The translations under genes were made by a program, and so were the position numbers. Under the pieces are notes generated by a model, which was given only the letters and a program-made list of their open reading frames with translations, had not been told where the DNA came from and did not search any database. A DNA stretch of 52,583 bases from IMG/VR virus record IMGVR_UViG_3300047555_000022, positions 1-52,583 of that record. One strand, given 5' to 3'. This document shows positions 28,126-35,762 of the stretch, one piece after another. The stretch comes from a virus (lineage: Duplodnaviria > Caudoviricetes). Within the stretch, counting starts at the first letter, position 1. Each line of letters opens with the position of its first letter.

Positions 28126-28437
28126 ATGAAATTCAAAAACGATGTCGCAAATTATCACAAAATGAGTGAGCCACACGAAAGCCCCGAAAAAGCAAATGAA
28201 GCTCTCGAAAAGTTTTATGAAAAAGTATCAGAAGCAAGAAAAGAATTTAAGATTGCAGATGTACTTGTCATTACAAAAGGCAGTATTAAATACGCAGATG
28301 GCGAAGAAGGACAATTTATGCAGCATAGTCAATTTGGAAGCCAATTAAACGGTGTATCAATGGCTGCTTATGCTTATGGTCAATTACAAGCAGAAGATAG
28401 AGAACTGTTAAACAAATTAGTTGCAGGTAAAAGGTAG
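28126..28437 (+). CDS. Hypothetical protein (cassette 5)
   Basis: ORF track. Confidence 0.6.
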   Translation: MKFKNDVANYHKMSEPHESPEKANEALEKFYEKVSEARKEFKIADVLVITKGSIKYADGEEGQFMQHSQFGSQLNGVSMAAYAYGQLQAEDRELLNKLVAGKR

Positions 28438-28451
28438 TGTCCACAAATGGC

Positions 28452-28585
28452 GTACAACGTACAAGTATTTATGAAGAAGGGGGAATTTGGAAAACGTCAG
28501 CCCCCGTAACTTACTAATTTTCAATAGAATTACAACAGTTCAATTACTTCCGTCAGCCCCCTTTTTCATAAATACAGTGTTGGTG
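28452..28585 (+). repeat. attC-like site 6
   Basis: GTACAAC; arms GTATTTATGAAGAAGGGGG/CCCCCTTTTTCATAAATAC; GTTGGTG. Confidence 0.8.
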
Positions 28586-28653
28586 GCTGGCGTTTTTGTC
28601 CACGGGAGAAGTTTCTGCCCATTTTAAAATGAAACAACTAAATAAATTATATC

Positions 28654-29427
28654 ATGAAAGTAATTAATCAAGTCAATCAGACCACTGATTATGGTAAATT
28701 TCAAAGTTTGAACGGTAATAGAAATGTTAATGCTCTTCATGTGAGACGCTTACAAGAATCTTTTGCCAAATCTTATTTACTAAGTCCAATTTTAGTAAAT
28801 GATAAGTTTGAGATTATTGATGGACAGCATCGCTTTGAAGCTGCCAAAAAATTAAACCTGCCAATAAACTTTATTTCTATCCCAAACTATGGATTGGAGC
28901 AAGTTCAGTTGCTAAACACAAATATGAAAAATTGGAAATCAGAAGATTATTTACAAGGGTTTTGCGATTTAAAATATCCTGAATATTTAAAGTTTAGAAA
29001 TTTTATGAGACAATTTCCAAGTTTTTTGTTTCAAGGTTGCGATATTTTGTTAAATGATACATCAAACGGTTCTGATAAGCAACAGAATAGCAAGGAACTG
29101 ATAACTAAAACAAATAAGGCAGGCGATTATAATAAAAATTTATTTAAAGAGGGCGAATTGAAAATTCCCAATTATGAAAAAAGTGTTGCCAATGCTAATA
29201 ATTTGATGAGATTAAAAGATTATTATGAAGGGTACAATCGAACAATTTTTATAAGAACAATGGTCGTACTTTTCAAACATGAAAATTTTGATTTTGAGGT
29301 ATTTATTTCAAAGGTGAAGTTAAATCCAACATCATTAAAACCATGTGTTTCGGTAACAGATACAAAATTATTGATTGAGGAAATTTACAATTATCGAAAT
29401 CAAAACAAAGTGTCTTTGAGGTATTAG
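28654..29427 (+). CDS. ParB/Srx-like N-terminal domain protein (cassette 6)
   Basis: GNRNVN...PILVN...IIDGQHRFEA motif. Confidence 0.75.
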   Translation: MKVINQVNQTTDYGKFQSLNGNRNVNALHVRRLQESFAKSYLLSPILVNDKFEIIDGQHRFEAAKKLNLPINFISIPNYGLEQVQLLNTNMKNWKSEDYLQGFCDLKYPEYLKFRNFMRQFPSFLFQGCDILLNDTSNGSDKQQNSKELITKTNKAGDYNKNLFKEGELKIPNYEKSVANANNLMRLKDYYEGYNRTIFIRTMVVLFKHENFDFEVFISKVKLNPTSLKPCVSVTDTKLLIEEIYNYRNQNKVSLRY

Positions 29428-29457
29428 CATTGACTGGCAAGTGCCTAGTACGCTTGC

Positions 29458-29590
29458 CACCAACGTAAAAGTATTGCCGAAGGGCAGGGATTAGAATTAC
29501 AAAACTTCAAAATAAGTACAAATGAACAATAGAATTACAAATGCTGATGAACTTACGTCAGCCCTGCCTTTTGGCAATACAGTGTTACCT
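29458..29590 (+). repeat. attC-like site 7
   Basis: CACCAAC; arms GTATTGCCGAAGGGCAGGG/CCCTGCCTTTTGGCAATAC; GTTACCT. Confidence 0.8.
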
Positions 29591-30106
29591 GCTGCCCTTT
29601 TGCAGTCTGACATTATGAATAAAATAATTGTTGAAATATACAATGGGTGGCCTGGAGAAACTGGTTTACAAAGAGTAATTGAAAAGGTAAACTTTCTTTG
29701 TGAAAGAGTTCCGCAGTATGCCAAAATTATGGGCAAAACAGACCTTGAAACTTTGGAGCTATTTGCAAAATCAAGAAATTGTAATTACACAAACTACTTT
29801 CAGAATGCAAACTTCCCCGATTTATCAGAGGTGTATGTTTTTGATACGATTGAAGATGTAAAGGCAAAGTTTCCAAGTAAAACATATCAATGCCCTTGCT
29901 GTGGTGGAATTTCAACCGATTATCAAGAATGCAATTCAGGTAAAACAGTTGATAAAAAAGGCAAAGAAGTCTGTAATTGGAAAGTTTACGGATTGTTTGG
30001 GGATATGGGAAAAGGAATTAAGGTTATTGTAAAAGATATGTTTACCGAAATCCCAAAACCTGTCGCAATGTTTAAGCCTGTTGAACTCTTAGAGGCTGTC
30101 TCTTAG
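29522..30106 (+). CDS. Hypothetical Zn-finger-like protein (cassette 7); alternative start 29615
   Basis: CPCC...C...CNWKVYGLF motif. Confidence 0.65.
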   Translation: MNNRITNADELTSALPFGNTVLPAALLQSDIMNKIIVEIYNGWPGETGLQRVIEKVNFLCERVPQYAKIMGKTDLETLELFAKSRNCNYTNYFQNANFPDLSEVYVFDTIEDVKAKFPSKTYQCPCCGGISTDYQECNSGKTVDKKGKEVCNWKVYGLFGDMGKGIKVIVKDMFTEIPKPVAMFKPVELLEAVS

Positions 30107-30112
30107 GGTTGC

Positions 30113-30243
30113 AGGTAACGGATTAGGTGTTTAAGAAGGACTGGAAATAGAATTACAAAAGTTCGTTTACTTCCAACTGTCAAGTAATGCTTGAATGTTC
30201 AATTAACCACGTCCGCCAGTCTTTCTTAAACACCCTGTTAGTG
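30113..30243 (+). repeat. attC-like site 8
   Basis: AGGTAAC; arms GGTGTTTAAGAAGGACTGG/CCAGTCTTTCTTAAACACC; GTTAGTG. Confidence 0.8.
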
Positions 30244-30304
30244 GCTGCCGATTTTGGTTGCACAAATATTTTAATCTTTTTTTTGGAAGTATGAAAAACG
30301 TTAT

Positions 30305-30512
30305 TACATTTGTGTATCCAATTCGCATAGCGGTCGCTACCGCTCAAATCATAGCGGTTTTTTTGTGCCTTATAGTTTTTAATGATACCGATGGTAAAAC
30401 ACGGTGTCGCAACTACCGTAATTGTTTGAACACAATTGCCCTATGCGGGTTGGATAACGGAAAGAGCGGCACCGTGTTTTGTCGTTTACAAGCATTAAAA
30501 TCCAATAGCGTA
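30305..30512 (+). ncRNA. c4-antisense-like leader RNA (cassette 8)
   Basis: TACATTTG box; TATCCAATTCGCATAG pairs with CTATGCGGGTTGGATA; stem AAAACACGGTGTCGC/GCGGCACCGTGTTTT; second ATCCAA target next to ATG 30513. Confidence 0.6.
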
Positions 30513-30800
30513 ATGCAAACAAATCAAACCATCGCTTTATCTTCCATGAGTGAAGATGCGAACCTCCCAACCGCCTTGCAAGAGGCAATCAACGAGTTTT
30601 TCTGTTATAACGGCACACCTGCCGATATTGACGAAAAGCTATTTTCCATGCTCGAATCCGCCACCGCAGGCGTTGAAGAAGTCGGCTTAGATGCCAAAGA
30701 AGTTTTAGGCTATCTTTTCTTCTACAAAACCGACAAAGTCCTTTTCAATCAGCTACATTCTTTCACCGCTAAAACTAACGTAGAGCTATGCAAGAACTAA
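30513..30800 (+). CDS. Small protein upstream of an antirepressor (icd-like position)
   Basis: MQTNQTIAL start after the leader; overlaps the antirepressor start. Confidence 0.55.
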   Translation: MQTNQTIALSSMSEDANLPTALQEAINEFFCYNGTPADIDEKLFSMLESATAGVEEVGLDAKEVLGYLFFYKTDKVLFNQLHSFTAKTNVELCKN

Positions 30801-31459
30801 TTAAAGTTGCGACTAATTCGCAAGGCGAAAGGGTCGTAAGTGCAAGAGAACTTTATGAATTTTTGGGAATGAATAATGCCGTTTTTGCTCGTTGGTCAAA
30901 AAAGAACATTGAAGAAAACCAATTTGCAATAGAAAATGAAGACTGGGCTATGCTCAACATCATGTTGAGCAATGGGAATCAAACCAAAGATTACGCTTTA
31001 AGTTTAGATTTTTCAAAGCGTATTTCAATGATGGCACGAACAGAAAAAGGCGAACAGTTGCGAAATTATTTTATTGAGTGTGAAAAGGCATTGAAGGCAA
31101 CCGTACCAGTAGCGATTTCAATAGAAGATGCTTTGATACAGCAACTACTCGTTACAAAGGCTATTCGCATAGAGCAAGAGCAAATAAGAGCAAAGCAAGT
31201 TGAACAAGATGCACGAATATTGCAAATCGAAGCCAAGACCACCACACGCCCAGAATATTTTACAGTCATGGGTTATGCTATTTTGCAAGGGGCAAGGGTC
31301 GGTTTATCATTAGCGGCTCAAATAGGCAAAAAAGCCAAAACTATATGCAGTACAAAAGGCTATCACATTGACAAAATCCACGACCCACGTTTTGGACAGG
31401 TCGGGTGCTACCCTGCCGATGTACTCAAAGAAGTATTCAATACAACTACTTTTTCGTAG
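30788..31459 (+). CDS. Antirepressor-family protein: AntA/AntB + distinct C-domain (cassette 8)
   Basis: VSARELYEFLG...KGEQLRNYFIECEK; C-domain RPEYFTVMGYA...DPRFGQV..YP. Confidence 0.85.
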   Translation: MQELIKVATNSQGERVVSARELYEFLGMNNAVFARWSKKNIEENQFAIENEDWAMLNIMLSNGNQTKDYALSLDFSKRISMMARTEKGEQLRNYFIECEKALKATVPVAISIEDALIQQLLVTKAIRIEQEQIRAKQVEQDARILQIEAKTTTRPEYFTVMGYAILQGARVGLSLAAQIGKKAKTICSTKGYHIDKIHDPRFGQVGCYPADVLKEVFNTTTFS

Positions 31460-31527
31460 CGTTGTCAAGTCGGGGCAGTCGTTGGCTGTCCCACTTTTCA
31501 AAGTGTCGAAGTGGTTTTTTCGGTTGC

Positions 31528-31600
31528 CACTAACACGCAGATTGACGCAATTGAAAAACATAACTCTTTGATAATTAAAGAGTTATGTTTGCGTATTATG
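31528..31600 (+). repeat. Terminal degenerate attC-like site 9 with a perfect inner hairpin
   Basis: CACTAAC; AAACATAACTCTTT/AAAGAGTTATGTTT; no closing GTT. Confidence 0.5.
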
Positions 31601-31785
31601 TATTGTCATTTTTGTATTTTATTTGCATTTGTTGCATTATTCACAGAACTTTTGATAAATATGTAAAATAAATACATATAAATTTGTATGTTAAATATAT
31701 TGGTTGTAAATTTGTTCCAAGCAAATGAGAAACGGTTCTCATTACATCCCGCCCAACTCTTCGAGGCGTATTTCGAGAGGATAAT

Positions 31786-32169
31786 ATGACTACTCAATCT
31801 CAAATAGAAAAAATAGTATTGTCAGCAACTTCTTCAAGAATTGAAGAAAATTGTACAAAAGCTGGCGTTTTTGTAAAAAGAGAAATCTATTCTCTTCCAT
31901 ATGATATGTGGAAAGATATAGATGGTCGCAGATTATGCGAAATTACCATTTTTATAGAGGGAGTGCATTCAACTTCTCATTTTATGTCTGGACCAAGATT
32001 TGAGGGGCTTGGGTCTGAGGATGGTATGCGAGACGGTGGAGAAATGGTTACATCAATCCACAAAACGATTGGTGGCGACTTTTGCTTCTCAACAGCAATT
32101 TATGCTACAAAAAGTGGCAAAAAGTGTGTTATTTATAAGGAAGATGATTTATTAGAATATTCTATATGA
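31786..32169 (+). CDS. Hypothetical protein
   Basis: ORF after a TAAATTTG promoter box. Confidence 0.6.
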   Translation: MTTQSQIEKIVLSATSSRIEENCTKAGVFVKREIYSLPYDMWKDIDGRRLCEITIFIEGVHSTSHFMSGPRFEGLGSEDGMRDGGEMVTSIHKTIGGDFCFSTAIYATKSGKKCVIYKEDDLLEYSI

Positions 32170-32384
32170 TTAGCGGCAAAGAACTGCGTTTGCTCAGAAA
32201 TTTATCTGGGCAAACGCAAGCCGAACTTGCAGAGAAACTCGGCAAAGGTGGATATACCCAGCAAGTGGTAGCCGCCATTGAGAACGACAAACGAAATATA
32301 GGTTTGTCGTTGCTTGGGGATTGGGCTGGGGCTTGTGGTTTTGATGTCAATATATCATTTACGAAGCAAGGTTCTACCGCCTGA
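32166..32384 (+). CDS. XRE-family HTH transcriptional regulator
   Basis: LRLLRNLSGQTQAELAEKLG...TQQVVAAIENDKR. Confidence 0.85.
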   Translation: MISGKELRLLRNLSGQTQAELAEKLGKGGYTQQVVAAIENDKRNIGLSLLGDWAGACGFDVNISFTKQGSTA

Positions 32385-32481
32385 AATTACTTTATTTTTA
32401 AAGACTTTTATTATTTCTGTTAATTCCTGTTTTCTTTTGGTTCTTTCGTACATTAAATAGTAGAAATTATTGGTTAAAAGA

Positions 32482-32664
32482 TTACTTTAAAAATGCTGAA
32501 ATATTTTCTCTAAAAACATCTCCTAATACTTCGTTACCTAAATATTCGGCTTTCTTTTTAGTTACCAATTCATGTTTTGATAAATCAACTTCATTATTTT
32601 TAAGTTTCCCCAAGATAGCAATTCTATCTTGCGAAATTTCTTTTAGATTAAATGGTTCGTTCAT
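32482..32664 (-). CDS. Small hypothetical protein on the opposite strand
   Basis: TACATTTG box upstream on the minus strand (~32706-32713). Confidence 0.45.
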   Translation of the reverse strand: MNEPFNLKEISQDRIAILGKLKNNEVDLSKHELVTKKKAEYLGNEVLGDVFRENISAFLK

Positions 32665-32718
32665 AAGGTTTGAAGGAAATTAGTGTAAAGTAAAAAATGA
32701 ATATGCAAATGTACTGAT

Positions 32719-33294
32719 ATATCGGCAAGAAGTCTTTATGAGTTTTTAGAAATAAAAGAACATTTCACTCAATGGATTGAAAGAATGTTCGATTACGGGT
32801 TTAATGAAAGTGTTGATTATCAGGCGATTAAGGAATTTATTAATCATTCAAATGGAGTTGGAGGTACTTATAAAACTGAATATGCCTTGACATTGGATAC
32901 TGCGAAAGAAATAGCAATGCTACAAAGAACCGAAAAAGGAAAACAAGCAAGGCAGTATTTTATTGAGTGTGAAAAGCAAAATAAAATGAAACCGATGTCA
33001 ATTGAGGAGATGATTATTGCAAATGCTCAAAGTATGATTGATACTAAAAAACGATTAACAAATTTGGAGGATTTTACGCATACTAAATTTGAAGAAACGT
33101 TTACTAAAATTGACGAAATTAAAGCATTGTCATCAACAAGACCTGAGTATTTTACAATAGTTGGTTATGCTTCTTATATGCGTGTCCATGTTGATAACAC
33201 AAGTGCTAAAAAGTTAGGTGCAATTGCTGCAAAACTTTGCAAAGAACGTGGATTGCCTATTGATAAAGTTCCAGATACTCGATGTCGCAAGTAA
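32719..33294 (+). pseudogene. Antirepressor (AntA/AntB + 30788-type C-domain) clipped at both ends
   Basis: In-frame ISARSLYEFLEIKEHFTQW upstream of ATG 32785 has no standard start codon; the C-domain stops at DTRCRK. Confidence 0.6.
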
Positions 33295-33329
33295 CTATTT
33301 GAGTATAAACACTTTAAAAACCAAAATAT

Positions 33330-33620
33330 ATGATAACTGAATCACAGTATTTAGAAGCAAAAATAATCATTGAAACTTACATTGAAGAAAAACGCAAACA
33401 ATTGGATATTGATGAACAATTATTGCACAATATTCTTAATGACAATATTGATTGGCATTTTTCAGGAAGAACTTTGAATGTTTTGAAAGAAAGAAATATT
33501 TCTGATTTGGCTGGAATTGTTAAACTTTATAAAGAAACAAGATTTAATAAAGTTGAAGGTTTAGGAGAAAAAACAAAAAATGAGTTAATGGGATTTTTAA
33601 GGAAATACTTATTAGATTAG
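33330..33620 (+). CDS. Protein with an RNA polymerase alpha-CTD-like domain
   Basis: FSGRTLNVLKERNISDL...KVEGLGEKTKNEL resembles the alpha-CTD pattern LSVRSxNCLK...NLGKKSLxEI. Confidence 0.7.
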   Translation: MITESQYLEAKIIIETYIEEKRKQLDIDEQLLHNILNDNIDWHFSGRTLNVLKERNISDLAGIVKLYKETRFNKVEGLGEKTKNELMGFLRKYLLD

Positions 33621-33630
33621 TTTTTCCCTT

Positions 33631-33717
33631 TTCCAACCGTCAGCATTGTGCTAATTGGTGAACGAATTGGAATGAAGAAATGAAACATCAAACTTTGACA
33701 TAATGCGTTCGTTGGAG
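33631..33717 (+). repeat. Isolated attC-like site
   Basis: TTCCAAC, 5 nt, GCATTGTG ... CATAATGC, 4 nt, GTTGGAG; lies directly after a stop codon. Confidence 0.6.
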
Positions 33718-33830
33718 GTATGAGCCTTGCTAACTACGCTTTCACGAAGTCGCAAGTAATAAGTGCGTTTAATCACATGACCATCACATAAATAAATGAT
33801 TATTTACTTTCGATTTTGATTGTTTTTGAT

Positions 33831-33930
33831 TAATTTTGATTATCAAAGTAAGTGAGAGGTCGAGAACCGCTTACCTTGGTTCGGTTGAAATACCAAACCT
33901 GCCCCAATCTCGACCATTGGGGCTTTTTTT
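33831..33930 (+). promoter_or_regulatory. Promoter plus attenuator-like leader
   Basis: TAATTTTG box; terminator GCCCCAAT/ATTGGGGC followed by T7, whose loop TCTCGACC complements upstream GGTCGAGA. Confidence 0.6.
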
Positions 33931-33938
33931 ATGCAAAT

Positions 33939-34247
33939 ATGACAACATTAGAACTACAAAAAGCTATCAGACTTCAAGAAAAAATTGAAGCAAAAAAGCA
34001 ACAACTATTTTTATTTGAGCGTTGCAAAGTAAAAAATGTAGCGTTCAAAAAAGAACGTGATGATGAGAGCGGATACGATGAAATCATACTGGAAGAAATT
34101 CCCAAAGGTGTAATAAAAAACGCTGCGATTGAATACATAAAAGCAGATTTAGCAGACCTACAAAGGCAGTTTGATTCGTTTTTGTCGCCAAAATCTGTTG
34201 AAATGAATTTTTTAGTAAATTCGCAAGAACTTGGACAAACTGCATGA
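33939..34247 (+). CDS. Hypothetical protein
   Basis: Start MTTLELQ after the leader. Confidence 0.6.
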   Translation: MTTLELQKAIRLQEKIEAKKQQLFLFERCKVKNVAFKKERDDESGYDEIILEEIPKGVIKNAAIEYIKADLADLQRQFDSFLSPKSVEMNFLVNSQELGQTA

Positions 34248-34747
34248 CCACAATTGAGCAATTTATTTTGGACAATTTTTGTCAAAAAACAAACAAGCAA
34301 ATTGCACAAGAATTAAATATACCATTGCACCAAGTTAGATTAAAAGCCTATTCATTAGGACTTTATCGAATCAGTCTTGACTATTGGACTGACGAACAAA
34401 TTACTTTTTTGAAAGAAAACTTTGAAACTATCGGAGATACCGAACTGTCTCAAATATTTCAAGAAAAGTTTCCTAAAAACAAAGTATGGACCAAAAAACA
34501 CATTGACAAAAAAAGAAAGTATCTAAATCTGCATCGAACACCCGAACAAATATTGTTGATTAATAAACGAAATATTGATGCAGGATTATATCAAAATATT
34601 GATAGACTTTCAGATAAATACATGGCTTATCGTTGCAGTAAGCAAGATAAAGAACTCCGAAAAGAGTTATTGAAAAACAAAGAATTATTAGAAGTAAAGC
34701 GTTTAACAATTAAACTAAAACGAATATGTCGGCAGAAATCGCAATGA
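34244..34747 (+). CDS. Putative DNA-binding protein
   Basis: Repeated helical units (TNKQIAQELN; WTDEQITFLKENF); basic. Confidence 0.5.
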   Translation: MTTIEQFILDNFCQKTNKQIAQELNIPLHQVRLKAYSLGLYRISLDYWTDEQITFLKENFETIGDTELSQIFQEKFPKNKVWTKKHIDKKRKYLNLHRTPEQILLINKRNIDAGLYQNIDRLSDKYMAYRCSKQDKELRKELLKNKELLEVKRLTIKLKRICRQKSQ

Positions 34748-34962
34748 TAGGGCAGTTAGTTGTGCCAAAAGGAGTAGTTAATTTGCAAACAGTTAGCGAA
34801 AATTTGATGGAAATGATGATTCAAGTTAAAGGTAATCCACGCTTAACTGAGCAAGCAAACTCCATGTGCCAAATTGCCGACCGAGTGGTAAATGTGGCTA
34901 AAACACAGGTGCAACAGGCGAATATGATAATTGAGCTTAATAGAATGAAGCAAGGATTATGA
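34726..34962 (+). CDS. Hypothetical protein
   Basis: Coupled ORF. Confidence 0.55.
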   Translation: MSAEIAMIGQLVVPKGVVNLQTVSENLMEMMIQVKGNPRLTEQANSMCQIADRVVNVAKTQVQQANMIIELNRMKQGL

Positions 34963-35225
34963 CAGGGCTAAAACGACAAGCAATATTACGACAAGCCAAT
35001 GAGGAATTTTTCGAGTTAGAGTTTCCACTTGGCTTTATTTCGCCTGACCTAATGGCTACAATGACCAGACCTATTCAACGATTACAGGGCTATTGGTTGG
35101 TTTACAATGTTTTGCACTTCAAAAATCGTGTGCATAGTATTTATCACAATTATAGGGAATTTAAGCAAGCTGTTGAAAAAGAATGTGGTTGTGAAATGAT
35201 ACGAATAAAGCCTACTAAGAAATGA
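34959..35225 (+). CDS. Hypothetical protein
   Basis: Coupled ORF. Confidence 0.55.
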   Translation: MTGLKRQAILRQANEEFFELEFPLGFISPDLMATMTRPIQRLQGYWLVYNVLHFKNRVHSIYHNYREFKQAVEKECGCEMIRIKPTKK

Positions 35226-35437
35226 TTGATAAAATCGAAATAACATTAGATGATTCGGGCTTGTTCGTTGTAAATATTGGAGATATTCAAATTACACACG
35301 TAGATTCACCACAAAAGGCTGGTGGGATTGTTGGACATTATGCCAAGAAATTAGCCTATTTTCCGAAAGGAATTTGGGAAGGTTCGGCTAATCCTATCAC
35401 TTTTGAGGAATTTAAGAAGCAGAATAGGATAAAATGA
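35222..35437 (+). CDS. Hypothetical protein
   Basis: Coupled ORF. Confidence 0.55.
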   Translation: MIDKIEITLDDSGLFVVNIGDIQITHVDSPQKAGGIVGHYAKKLAYFPKGIWEGSANPITFEEFKKQNRIK

Positions 35438-35730
35438 AATTCATAAAAACATACTATGACGAAAAAGGAATAGTTAGAATTGATGATGATTCTTTTGAAG
35501 ATTTGAAATCCTGCTTAGATGAAAAGTTTTTTGAGTATTTTGGCAAAAACAGCAGCGAAGAATTTATAAAAAACTCGATTGAATTTTTGAAAAACTATGC
35601 AAAAGAATACTGGATTGACAATCCAAAGGCTTTTGGACTTGAATTTGAAGGGAATAATGGCGAACTATTGAACTTTCAATTTTCTAACCCTGTGAGAAAA
35701 ATATCAATGAGCAATAATGGCGTGAAGTAA
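35434..35730 (+). CDS. Hypothetical protein
   Basis: Coupled ORF. Confidence 0.55.
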   Translation: MKFIKTYYDEKGIVRIDDDSFEDLKSCLDEKFFEYFGKNSSEEFIKNSIEFLKNYAKEYWIDNPKAFGLEFEGNNGELLNFQFSNPVRKISMSNNGVK

Positions 35731-35762
35731 ATTTTCTAAGTTGGAAAGTGAAAATATATTTG

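Larger units (their letters stand above)
24306..31600 (+). mobile_element. Integron-like gene-cassette array without an integrase (CALIN-like): 8 cassettes, 7 intact and 2 degenerate attC-like sites
   Basis: Repeated NNNNAAC - arm - loop - arm - GTTNNNN sites between co-oriented genes; the first ~14 nt of each cassette complement its own last ~14 nt. Confidence 0.8.

Noticed and set aside
24306-31600. Array as CRISPR or as simple terminators
   Set aside because: The spacers are gene-sized, the repeats are not identical, no cas genes are present, and the hairpins lack T tails but carry AAC/GTT boxes.
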